Positions 51,354-64,000 of a stretch of 64,000 nucleotides of DNA are shown here, one piece after another. Each line of letters begins with the position of its first letter. Positions within the stretch are counted from its first letter, which is position 1. The notes below the pieces were generated by a model. That model was given only the letters and a program-made list of their open reading frames with translations, was not told the origin of the DNA and did no database searches. The translations under genes and the position numbers were made by a program. The DNA lies in assembly GCA_951406725.2 (NCBI GenBank), contig OX597827.1:63860001-63924000 (forward strand), read 5' to 3'. The DNA comes from Octopus vulgaris. Lineage: Eukaryota.

Positions 51354-54300
51354 TATATATCAACACATGTATATATACATATGTTGCTAATTTTTACATG
51401 TGTATATATGTATGAATGCATATGAGTGTATATATATGTTGCTAATTACTGTGTGTGTGTGTGTATGTATGTACTATATATATATATTAGCATAAAAATT
51501 GTGTGTGTGGTGTGTGTACATAAATAATAAAATAACTAACTAATTAACCACTGACCTAGCAACTTACAAACGCCACCATCATCATCATCATCATCATTAT
51601 CATCATCAACAACAACAGCATGACCATCATTACCACCACTAATTAGTACAAGCTATATCTAATTCTGCTGTGGTTAAACTCTAGACACCCATCCCTTAAA
51701 ACTCTCTCTCATCTTTTTTGACTTCTCCTCTACCCATCCCTCTCTGCCTGGTTTCCTTATCTTTCTTACTTCTCCCATCCCTTTTGCCATTTACCCACCC
51801 TTCTTTTCCCTACCCCTCATTATTCAATTTATTAATACAGCGTCTGTATGGGGCTGCATTAGCATCATCATCATCATCATCGTCGTCGTCAACAACAACA
51901 ACAACAACATCAATGACAACAGCTATTTTACTGCTTCTGCTGTGAAACCATAAGGAAACTTGCTTGAAATAACAACCAAGTCTCCCTCAATCATTTCTTT
52001 ACTTACCTTGTTCAAAAAAAAAAGCTTAAGATTCATTATACAAAATAGTTTCCTGATACATACTCACATGTAAAGAAGGACAGGATGGTCATGGCGGGAA
52101 TGTCTTTAATTGGAAATGTACTCAAGATCAGGGTTCACCATAAGCTATCTAAACTACTACTACTGCCATCTAAATTAATAATGATAGTGCTGATGATAAT
52201 AATATTAATGATAATAATAATTTTCTTTCACTCCAAGGGTAATTAAAAAGTGACATTACAAAGCAATTTACAAAATGTTTTGTAAATGGCCTCACCATGT
52301 TGGACCACTGAACTCAACACATTTATTTTTCATTCTCTCTTTGTTTATTTCATCGTATCCCTTTTTGTTGAAGAGTGTAGTCTCATAACGTAAAAGACTT
52401 TTCCATTTTTCCCAAGTGTCAAACTAATACACTTGCTCATTCTTCCTGCACCTGTCTTCATCTTTGTTTTTCTATAAATCTGAACTATATATATAAATAT
52501 ATCTTTCACAAATGGACATATGTGTGCATGTGTTTGTCTGTGTTAATGTACATGCCCCTATATTGAGGACTGTCTCTTTAGGAAAATCAAGGGACTCCAT
52601 CCACAGATTCTGAGGTATTGTGGTCTATCAATGATGAATGCCCTCTCCTTGTTGCTGTTTTCAGCCTGTGGTCACAGTGTTCAAACGTGACCTATTCAGT
52701 GATTCCAGACTGAGCCCTCTCATTTGATATTGTATGCATAGCTACTAATTAATTATCTTCTCAATAAGCCCAATGAAGAACCCTTTAAAAGGATTTGGTC
52801 ATGAAACTGAGAAAAATAGTAGCCAAATCTTCCTCATATCGCAACCTTCTTTCACCTGATGTCTACCCATTACTGGATAAAAAAAAGCTGCAGTGTGTTG
52901 TTGCTGGTTTATTATCCAAGCTGGTTGTAAGCATTCCTGTTCATGCTGGCATATTGCAGGGTGACTGTGGGTACTTTCATACATGGTTGATTAGAAAAAG
53001 AAAAGCTGAGGTACATGCTGAATTAGTCCTAGATATGCTATTTCTGACAATATTTGCAATGCCATAATAAAAATGTGACCAAAGTTCTTATCAGTGGTTA
53101 CACTGAAGCTTATGGCTTGTGTTTCTTTCAAATAGAATTTCAGAAGAAAATTCACAAAGTGTTAAAGAATCACAATCTTAGCTGTTTACTTTAACCCATT
53201 AGCATTCAGATTACTATTTATTCTAATTGTTTTGAATTAGCCATTTGCATTTCCAAGGTTTTCAAGATGAAATTAAAATATTTTTATCTGAAGAAATTAA
53301 TTTCTTAATTTCATAACAAAACCCTAAAATAATATACACTTAGAAATGGTGTGCATTTACTCGGATAGCCAACATAATATTTGAGTGATGGTTACTCATA
53401 TGGTTGTATGCAAGCAAAGATCTGTATTCATCCACAGTACAAAAAATTAAAAGGCACATCAGTGGTGAGTAAGGGAGCTACAATAGGAACAATGGGAAGA
53501 AGTAGCTAGATGCATACAAGGAGGTTTTCAAAAATGGAGCAGGTAACAGTTTACAAGTTCACACAAAACTAATACATTAGTTTTGATGTTGGTGTTGCTG
53601 TGGTTGATTTACAGATTATTATCTATATACTTTTAGGCCTTTTATTTCATTTTTTTTTTCTAAAATTTATCAGAGGAAAACTTGTGTCAGGTTGTTACTG
53701 AATGGTCAAGAGTCTAAGCCTTGCTGAAGGCCTGTTTTATTTTGGTGTGTCTCTAGAGAATCAAGGAGCAGGATGTTTAAGCTCTAGGTTAGGCAACAAG
53801 TGTGGTTGTGTGGTAAGAAGTTTGTTTCCCAGCCACATGGTCCTGGGTTCATTCTTACTGCATGGCACATTTGGCAAGTGTCTTCTGCATAGCTCTGGGC
53901 TGACTAAAGCTCTATGATTGGATTTGGTTAATGGAAGCTATAAGAAGCTCATTGTGTATATGTATATATACGTATTATGTATGTATGTATGTCTATATGT
54001 GTTTATCTTTCTGTCTGCCTTTGTCCCCCCCCCCCTACTCCCCACGTGTTGGTTTTTTTTATGCCTCTGTAACTTAGCAGTTCAGCAAAAGAGATTAATA
54101 GATAAGTACCAAGTACCAAGCTTTTTTTCTTTTTTTTTTTCTTCTGTATGCAAGGCTTTTAAAAGAGACAGGTGGTCTGGAGATGGGTGAGATTGATGAA
54201 GCTGCTTGCCATATAGACAAATATCTCAATCAAGATGGGAGACTGATTTGTCAAAGTAGTTCATCGTACCCTTAACTTGATTTTTGTTGTGGTGTACAAC

Positions 54301-55941
54301 CTGGAGTAAGCGAGAGAGTCTGGGTAAAAGGGCATCCTTTGATACAGTATAGAGTAATGTTGGTTTTGTAATTGTTTTTGTTGTTGTTGTTGTTGGAGCT
54401 AGTGGTGGCAGGGAATGTCTTCATTATCATTTGATCTCAAGTTCAATTCCTACCAGGTCCAACATTTTCTTAACTCTTATTAATGAAATGGTGTGGAAGT
54501 TTCATATATTTGTCTACATGTTTATATGTGTGTGTGGTTAAGATGTTTGCTTTGCAACCACGGGATTTGGGGATCAGAGTCACTGTGTGGCACCTTGGGC
54601 AAGTGTCTTCTGCTATAGCCCCAGGTCGGCCAATGCCTTGTGAGTGAATTTGGTAGACAGAAATATGTGTGTGTGTGTGTATGTTTGTATGGTATATGTC
54701 TTTGTCTTTGTATATGTGTCCCTCCCCTCCCCCCCACAGACACACGCATCCCCACTTGACAAACAGTGTTGGCTTGTTTACATCCCCATAACTAAGGAGT
54801 TTCAGTGAAAAGGGCCAATAGAATAAATACCAAACTTCAAAACGTAGTTTCAGGGTCACTGTGTCAGTTGAACCCTTCAAAGGCAGTGCCCCAGCATGGC
54901 TGTAGTCCAGTGACTGAAATGAGTGTTAAAGATAAAAGATGAAGATATGTCTTATGAATAGTGGTAGGGATTGAGAAAACTAGAGCTATTTGTATTAGCT
55001 GCATGCTAGAGAAATTAAGAAAAGAAGATTCAGAACAGTTATCTGGAAATCATTTTTACCTTTTTTCATTAATCATTTCATGGATAGATTACCACAACTA
55101 CTACTACTACTACTACTATCATTATTATTATTTGTTACTGCTACTCCTGCTGCTGTTGTTTATACACTGTTGTTGATGATTATTAACCCCATAATAAACA
55201 TTACTACCACTACACTTACAACTACTACTACTACTACCAATACTACTGTTGCTGTTACTACTACTACTAGTAGTAATAGCGTTAGCAGTATTATTATCTA
55301 TAATCAGAGCAGTCATCATTATTATTATTATTATTATTATTAATATTAGCAAAAAAATGACATTGGTAATTACTTATTATATTCAACCACAGGTAAGATG
55401 AAAGGCAAAAATCTACCTCAGCAAGATTTGAACTCGAATCAAGAGTTCTTGAGTTCAAACCCTATCAAGGTAGCCTTTACATTTCCAGGCTTACATTTGA
55501 GTCTGATAAACATCTCTGCACCATACTCTTTAAATTTTGGGACATTGGACTCTATACTAGAAATAGGAGTCATTACCATCATCATCATCATCATTAAGGT
55601 TGTAGATTACTAAAATTTTGTTACTTAAAACATGTATTTACGTGTGTTTGCATGTGTGTATATATATATATGAATGTATGTATATGTGTGTGTGTGTATA
55701 TATATGTATATGTATATATATATATGTACATATGTATATATATGTATGATATATATATGTATACATATAAACATGTATATATATATATATATGTATATAC
55801 AGGAGCACATGCACACTCACACGCACACGCATATGTTCTGGGTTCAAATCTTTGCTGGGCTTGATTTTTTTTCTTTTTCAGACCTTAATGGGCAAAACAA
55901 TAATAAATAAAAAACATTTAAAAAATAAAAAAAACTACTAG

Positions 55942-55982
<41 letters not shown>

Positions 55983-57293
55983 TGGGCAAATACCAGCTGG
56001 CTGTGCCTCCCCATTACATTAATTGGGCTAAAGAAATCATTGTCATGATAATTTTCACCATCATTATCATTGTTATTAAGGCATTGAGCTGGTAGAATGT
56101 TTGGCATATTGAACAAAATGCATATGAACATATCTTCCAGCTCTCTATGTTCCAAGGTTGACTTTGCCTTTCATCCCTTCAAGGTTAATGAAATAAGGAC
56201 CAGTTTAGCACTGGGTCAATTTAATCAGTTAAAGCCTTTCTCCTAAAATTTCAGGCATTGTGTCTACAGTAGAAAGGATTATTATTATTATTATTATCAT
56301 TGTAGTTGTTGTTGAAGGCAGTATATGTTCAGGGTACATCAAAGCTCGTCTAAATCAAACATGCATGCCATGATAGATTTTGGCTGTTCACCATTTTGCT
56401 TGGGAAAGGCATAACAGCCACAACCTGTTCATTGCTATCTTCTTTCTTCCTCTCTCTCTCCCTCTCTTTCTCTTTGTTCATGTGGGATCTTGTCTCTCTA
56501 AAGGAAATCCTTATTGTTATAAGCATATATAAATACACACACACACACACACATATACATAAACACGTGTGTATGAGTATGTTTGTGTCTGTGGACTATG
56601 TGTATGTATATACACTCACACATATCTGTATCTCTGTGTACATATACATACACATATATATATATATATATAGAGAGAGATATAGATGTACACACACACA
56701 CACACATGTATATATATACATACAAGCAATATCAAACTCACATACTCAAGGTATGTGTTTTGTCAGTCTGTGGGCAGGCTGCAATTGTGGGTACAAGAGA
56801 ATATATTCTCATCAAATCACCTACAATGGCAGCCTGCACACAAACTGACAAAGCACATACCTTGTATATGTATATTCAATATTGTTAATATCCCTCAGGC
56901 TGCTTCTCATTCATATTTCAATAAATGTGTGTGTGTGTGTGTGTGTGTGGAGGCATATGGCCTTGTGGTTAGAGCAGTGGACTCGTGGTCGAGGGATCGC
57001 GGGTTCGAATCTCAGACCGGACGATGTGTGTTTTTAAGAGTGAAAGACCTAAGCTCCATATAGCTCCGGCAGAATGTAATGGCGAACTTCTGCTGACTCT
57101 TTTGCCACAACTTTCTCTCACTCTTTCCTCCTGCATCTAGCAGCTCACCTGAGATGGACCAGCATCCTGCCTATATACCAATGAAACCTGGAGACTGGCC
57201 CTTATGAGCCAGGCATAGCTTGAAAAAGCGTTGAATTAAGACATCTGTTTGTTGTCTACACATCTGTCTTCGTCTTGTTTTTTTGTGAATTCT

Positions 57294-57374
<81 letters not shown>

Positions 57375-58810
57375 CTAAATATCTTTCATATATATATGAA
57401 AGATATTTAGAAAAAAGCAATACACACAGAATACCATACCTACTTTCTGTATATTATTATTATATTATTATTTCTACTATTTGGCTCATGGACTTTACAT
57501 TAGGCTTAGCTTAGCCACTGGTCAGCATCCATATTCAGAAAAGTATAAAGTGCTGACCATCTGCAAAATTCATGATTTGATCTCATTGTGACCTGCACAG
57601 CCAAACTGTTTTCTCTCCCCAAAACCACAAAAGAAATTTAGGATAGTGATGATGATGATGATGATAATGACAATGATATTATAATAATGATAATAATATA
57701 TTTGGCTCAATGGTAATACATGAAGGTGACAATAATGATGATGATGATGATAATATAATTATTACAAGCAATTGTTACTATAATGAAAAATACTAATTTA
57801 TTTTGTTTTATTTTTTTTTTTACAATAATTGATCATAGCACTAATAATAATAAGCTTGGTGATAACTGCAGTTATATGCTATATATATTATATGTGTGTG
57901 TGTGTGTGTGTGTGTGTATGTTTATAGGTATGTGTGTGTGTGTATATATATGTATATACATATATGTATACATATGTAAAATAAAATAATAGTGATTTAC
58001 TGATAAGCCATACAAGCAATATTCACACAAGCACTACACCCCACAATAATGATGGATTTCTTTTCAACAATAATAGTGACAAAATTGATGATGATGATGA
58101 TGATGATAATTACGATGATGATGACAATGATGATGAATTGATGATCATCATCATAACAAAAATAAAGATGTTGATGGAGTTGATGACGGTCATCATCATC
58201 ATCGTTATAATAATAATAATGATAATAATAATATTAATAATAATAATAATAATAACAATAATGAAATTAGTGTCACTACAGACTGTTGCCACCACCCCCT
58301 TATTTATTTATTTATTTATTTATCTATTTATTTGACTTTTTTTTTACTGAAAAAAAAAGAAACCTGTTGTAATATATAAGATGAAAAAGAAAAAAATTCA
58401 TTAATTAAAATAAACGATGAGTCTCGTCAAAACTAAATCAATCAATTCTGTGTTTCATAAATTTTATGTTTCATTGTTTAACAATGTGCACCTACATGCA
58501 GTCACCTTGATCACCAACACATAATCACCTACCCCCACCCCTTATACATACACACTCAAATCCGTTACTGTCGATCCATTAAGCTCTCCTCATTTCACCA
58601 CCCTAATTGGAGATCCAACTGTCCAGACCCTGTATTAATCATTGAACACAGTAACTTCCTCCCCATAACATCAGCCATCTTTAGGGTTATCTGACAAATA
58701 TGAAGGGATACTGAAAATTTCCTGACTTTAAGGGTATCACGAAAGGTCTGGCTGACAGCCCAACTTTCCATGTATATGTACATATATATATCTGTATGTA
58801 TGTATGTATA

Positions 58811-58960
58811 TCTATATATATAAAACTGAGAATGTATGTCTATGTGAACATCACTAAAACTCGAGAACTACCCAACTGATTTCATTCAAATTTTACACAT
58901 GCACTACTTATGGTCTATGGAGTGTCATGGGCTAAAACAATTTTCAACTTCATGCCTAAA
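58811..58960 (+). mobile_element. Possible non-autonomous Helitron 5' end
   Basis: tctatatatataaaactgagaatgtatgtct...aactgatttcattcaaattttacac resembles invertebrate Helitron 5' termini; no 3' CTRR/hairpin was located. Confidence 0.35.
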
Positions 58961-59690
58961 ACAATAACATCTCTATTGTAATGTAACATAATAGTTTCAC
59001 TTTTAACAGTTTCACCTTATGTACTCTATATATATTCACACACACACATGCACACACACAAAGGGGTGCTGAAAAGTTCCTGGTTTTAAGGGTATCATGA
59101 AAAGCCTAGTTGGAGACCCAACCTTCAGATGTCTTTTACAGGGCTTAGAAAAACTGAAGGACCACTGCAATAAGTGTGATAATCTGAGAGGGGAATATGT
59201 TCAATAAAATTATAATTAACTGATCCTCCTGTATTTTTCTTTTGCCCAAAGCCAGGAAATTTTCAGCACCCACTCATGCATAATATTTTTTTCTGTCAAT
59301 TAATTTTTACAATTTTTCTGCAGAAATCAGGTGTACCTACTCAAAATTTCATTACTCTTATCTGTGGAAAGCAGTTTTATATACCAATCTATCTTTTGTT
59401 TAGAAATGTCATGAATGCAACTATTTTCTGTGGAGATATATCAAGTTTACTGGGACAAGGTAACTCACAGAAAATACCAATTCTATATCTTGGTAGATAT
59501 TTAACATAATTGTTGGTGGTTGGCTTTAGGAAGGCCATCCAACCATAGAAACTATGCCAAATCAGACTGGAGCCTGATGCAGCTCTCCAACTTGCCAGCT
59601 CTGATCAAACCATTCAACCTATGCCAGCATGGGAAACGGACGTTAAACAATGAGGATGATGATGATTACTGGCATAACCATTAAGTTTAA

Positions 59691-59911
59691 CCCTTTCATT
59701 ACTGTATTTATTTTCAGATGCTCTGCGTTTCTTCCAATTATTTTAAATATAAGAAAGAATTTAGTAAAATAACATCATTATAATTAAGCTAGTTTTAGGA
59801 ACATAAATTGTGACTAAGGTTTGGTGGAAGATTTTAATTCAGAACTTTTGAAAACCAGGCATTTGTACTAAAGAGCCAGAGCCAGTTTCAGCCGGATTGG
59901 TAACGAAAGGG
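59691..59911. mobile_element. piggyBac-type MITE with TTAA target-site duplication
   Basis: ttaa|ccctttcattac...gtaacgaaaggg|ttaa. Related copy at ~63192-63411 and tandem fragments at ~35410-35870. Confidence 0.8.
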
Positions 59912-59919
59912 TTAATTTC

Positions 59920-60222
59920 ACAGTGAAAGGGTTCGTCCTTATTTTTTAATCAACAATTTAAATAAATCAGCTGGAAACATATTCTCCATCCATCATTGTT
60001 TGCAACTTCTTGCCAATATTTTCCACTTGCTTGTCAAATGCTTTGATGGTAGAAATCACTGGGTCTTGTCTCAAAGAATTCATCAAGCTGCATACTCAGC
60101 ACCAACATTGATGAATGAAATGCCTCAGAATATTAGAGATCAACTGTAGAAAGTGACCATCTGAAGGTGCAGTCTGGAGAATACAGTGGGTGCAGTAGAA
60201 CTTCCTAACCAAATGCTTGGTC
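59920..60222 (-). pseudogene. Mariner transposase C-terminal relic
   Basis: The - strand reads FG*EVLLHPLYSPD, then APSDGHFL after a frameshift (YSPDLAPSD motif). Confidence 0.7.
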
Positions 60223-61780
60223 AAGTATTAGTGGTGGTGGTGGTGGTGGTTTGAGCATTGTGCTTCCATTTCCATATACTTTTTTACTCTTTTACTTGTT
60301 TCAGTCATTTGACGGCAGCCATGCTGGAACACCGCCTTTAGTCGAACAAATTGACCCCGGGACTTATTCTTTGGAAGCCTAGTACTTATTCTATCGGTCT
60401 CTTTTTCAGAACTGCTAAGTTACAGGGACGTAAACACACCAGTATCGGTAGTCAAACGATGTTGGGGGGGGGGGGAACAACACAGACACAAACATACACA
60501 CACACATACATATATATATACATATATACAACGGGGTTCTTTCAGTTTCCATCTACCAAATCCACTCACAAGGCTTTGGTCAACCTGAGGCTTATAGTAG
60601 AAGACACTTATCCAAGGTGACATGCAGCGGGAATGAACCCGGAACCATGTGGTTGGTCTACATGGTTTTGGTTTTTTCTCTATGATCATCAACATTCAAC
60701 AGTCTAAGTATAATGGTAACATCGGTATCAATCATATTTATCTTGGAGGGCTTACAAATGATGCCTTAGCTCTGTTGGTAGAAATATTCAAGAGGTTGGT
60801 TTCTGAGACAGCATCCAGACCTTGAGGATTGGCACTACTTGTTTCCATTATTACTTGAGGATCCTCTATTTTAGCTTCACTGACAAAACTACAAGCATTT
60901 TTAAAAACCAAAAGATACTAACTACTACTCATTATCCCTTTCACTGTAGAACTCTTTCACTAGTGAAGATGCATGGCTCAGTGGTTAGAGCGTTGAGCTT
61001 ATGATTGTGAGGTTGTGAGCTCAAATTCTGGACCGAGCTGCTTGTTGTGTTCTTGAGCAGAACACTTTATTTCATGTATCTCCAGTCACTCAGCTGTAGA
61101 AAAGAGTTGCAATGTCACAGATGCCAAGCTGTATTGGCCTTTGCCTTTCCCTTAGATAACACTGGTGGCGTGGAGAGGGGAGGCAAGTATGCATGGGCAA
61201 CTGCTGGTCTTCCATAAACAACCTTGCCTGGACTTGTGTCTGGGAGGGTAACTTTCTAGGTGCAATCCCATGGTCTGTGTCGTGACTGAAGGGGGTCTCT
61301 CAGATAGAAATTAGATATAGATGTAGGAGTGGCTGTGTGGTAAGTAACTTGCTTACGAATCACATGATTCCAGTTTCATTCCCACTGCGTGGCACCTTGG
61401 GCAAGTGTCTTCTCCTATAGCCTCGGGCCGACCAAAGCCTTGTGAGTGGATTTGGTAGATGGAAACTGAAAGAAGTCCATCGTATATATGTATTAAACCA
61501 ATACAGACAGAAAATACACAGTAATGAATGCCTACAACCCTGAAAACTGTTATACATACAGTACCGCTACACATATCCCATTTCCACAGGAACACCAGCC
61601 TGATAGATGCACACAATTCCTACAAACACTTTGTGATCGCTCGGTACCAAGGAACATAGCTATTAACTAAATCTTCTGCTTGGTTCGTTTCATCATCTTT
61701 TCACAGCAACCACAAACTGGATGTGTCCTTTTACGTCCAACAATAGAGAGCAGTCACCATATTTCATTCGATATCAGATA

Positions 61781-61860
61781 CTTCTGATGAGCGTAGGGTT
61801 ATATATTCCGATTGTTACCTAACACTCCGTTGTACACCTAGTGCGAAACCGATTGGTAAG
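61781..61860 (+). ncRNA. Hammerhead-like motif (canonical CUGAUGA core), downstream of the gene
   Basis: ctt CTGATGA gcgtagg...cctagtgc GAAA cc-gatt-gg T aag: stems II and III are present, and the stem I register suggests the cleavage-site nucleotide is missing. Confidence 0.55.
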
Positions 61861-63543
61861 ACCAGCTGTGATGGATATATAATACTGTACACTTCAGATA
61901 ATATACCCACTCTTTGCCAGATATATGAGTGCATCTTTTTCCTGATTTATAGACCTTTCAACGACTTACGTATGTATATATGTGTGTGTGCACACGCACG
62001 CATGCGTGTCTGTGCATGTGTCAATGTTTGTCCAACCATACCATTGCTTGAAAACCGATGCTGGTTTGTATATGTACCCATAACTTAGCGGTTCGGCCAT
62101 AGTACTGTAATTTCTTTTGTCAACGATGCTATGCTTTTCCTAAAATAAATCTTGAAAATTTAACAAGTGCCACAGAATATGAAAGCTATATATTTGTGAG
62201 GGCAGTTTTATGACCAAAGGAGGTTTATTTATGTTAAACAAAACTATGTCTCTGTACTATAAAACAATGATCAGAAAGTTCTATATGTATTAGAATGCCA
62301 TTCATGAAACATCTTGGTAAAGTATGAAAGGGCTTGTTTTAGTCCGACGGACAAAACTAGGGGTTACGCAATGCAGTGGATTGAGCTTCAAATTCGAGCT
62401 GTAAGGGATGAAATTTGAATAATGATAATAATAATAGGAATAGTCATTACATTAGGGAAATTCTGCTATTTATTGACATCGTGGTAATTGGGAAAGAAGC
62501 ACTTGCTATAATTATAGCTATAATGTGGTCTATATTTTGTGTAGCAGAAATAGCCAGCAGGATGGACTGGAAATCTGCAAAATTTTTGTACTGTCAGGAA
62601 TACCACAGGAAATAAAAATACGAGTAACAACAACCATGGTAATTCTTTTAATGGTAGCAACCATACTAGGAACAATGATGCACTTATTCTTCTAGACTAT
62701 AACGATGGCCATAATAGCATAGGTAAAAATGCAAGTCCTAGCAGTAACAACACAAAACAGAACAGATGAAATAATGGTTTTTGCTTGATAGTTTAACTAT
62801 CGATAGGGATCATAACTATATTAAAACAAAAGGCGATAACAGTTTGGTAGCAGATAAAAATGAAATGCAACTATAGGATATATAAAAATGCCTTCTAAAT
62901 GGTCATTGTCTGAGTTGTAGCATAGTATATGTGTCTTGCATAATAGACAGTAGAACTCTATCAAAATTAGCTGTTCAGTCATTAAAACAGAAATGCCTAA
63001 GTAGTAGAACTCGATGCAATCCCTGTAATAAACAACTCATCGAGTCCCCACTATCTTCTGAACCACCGAAGGGAGGCTATAACCTTCAGCGTCCATCTAT
63101 TTTTTCAGATCATTTCTTTTTACCATAAATCAATGTTCTGTCCAGGTTGGAATCTTCGTACGTCTCCTACTCCTTGCTCACCCGACTGTGTCCCTTTTGT
63201 TACCATATTTTTGTTGAGATGCTTTGTGTTTCTTTCAATTATTTTAAATATAACAAAGAATTTAGTAAAATAACATAGTCATCATTGAGCTAGTGTTAGG
63301 AGCATAAATTGTGACTAAGGTTTCGTGGAAGATTCTAATTCAAAACTTATGAAAACAAGACATTTTACCACAGAGCCAGAGCCGGTTTCAACCGGGTTAG
63401 TATCAAAAGAGTTAACTTCCTCATCAGCTGTTTCTATCTTCGTGCTTTAGAATCATACGCGTCGTTAGTCCTTATCTAAATAATTAATTACATTAATCAT
63501 ATATTTCTCTGCATTACCAGCCTGGTTATTTGTAAGTTAAATT

Positions 63544-63610
63544 GCTTTGAAGACTCGGAGCAACAGCATCTGTCAGGATATGTTGCTGTCCATGAGAAAT
63601 GACCATCAAC
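63544..63610 (+). ncRNA. Weak hammerhead-like motif
   Basis: TTGAAGA c tcggagcaaca...tgttgctgtccatga GAAA t-gacc-a TC: strong stem II, poor stem I and a U3-G8 mismatch. Confidence 0.35.
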
Positions 63611-63789
63611 TTTCGATCTGCGGATTCTCTCGGTTTCCTGCTAAATTTACATATTTTAAAACTCTCTTCTATACAGATACGTTATCATTCCTTTCAATTG
63701 TGCATATATATATACGCACACACACACATATATATATATATATATACATACACACACACACATATATATATACATACATGCATACCTAT

Positions 63790-64000
63790 TTCTTTATTAC
63801 CCACAAGGGGCTAAACACAGAGGGGACAAACAAGGACAGACATAGGTATTAAGTCGATTACATCGACCCCAGTGCGTAACTGGTACTTAATTTATCGACC
63901 CCGAAGGGATGAAAGGCAAAGTCGACCTTGGCGGAATTTGAACTCACAATGTTACGACAGACGAAATACCGCTTAGCATTTTGCCCGGCGTGCTAACGAT
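63790..64000 (-). mobile_element. SINE family A copy running off the window end
   Basis: Reverse complement of 9497-9712. Confidence 0.85.

Overview
AT-rich, microsatellite-dense animal genomic DNA. It is most likely a coleoid cephalopod (Octopus-like), inferred from the SINE/LINE repertoire. The only host gene is the 3' half of a + strand Myt1/Myt1L/ST18-family neural C2HC zinc-finger transcription factor. Five coding exons (1432-1575, 19078-19140, 36793-36978, 45801-45961, 48107-48498) have canonical GT-AG junctions in compatible phases. They encode three [26 protein letters not shown] fingers and the C-terminal coiled-coil; the upstream exons lie outside the window. The introns and 3' flank hold tRNA-derived SINEs, CR1/RTE/R4-type LINE fragments, mariner and piggyBac relics and simple repeats. 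Nearly all listed ORFs are microsatellite artefacts. The most striking non-coding signal is a set of roughly 20 type I hammerhead-ribozyme-like motifs (counting mirror-image and decayed copies) from mostly unrelated repeats. Many sit in long fold-back palindromes next to (TA)n tracts, resembling Penelope-like pLTRs or retrozymes. Across them the core shows three Watson-Crick versions of the 3-8 tertiary pair (C3-G8, U3-A8, G3-C8). All motifs were identified by eye; activity is untested and repeat boundaries are approximate.
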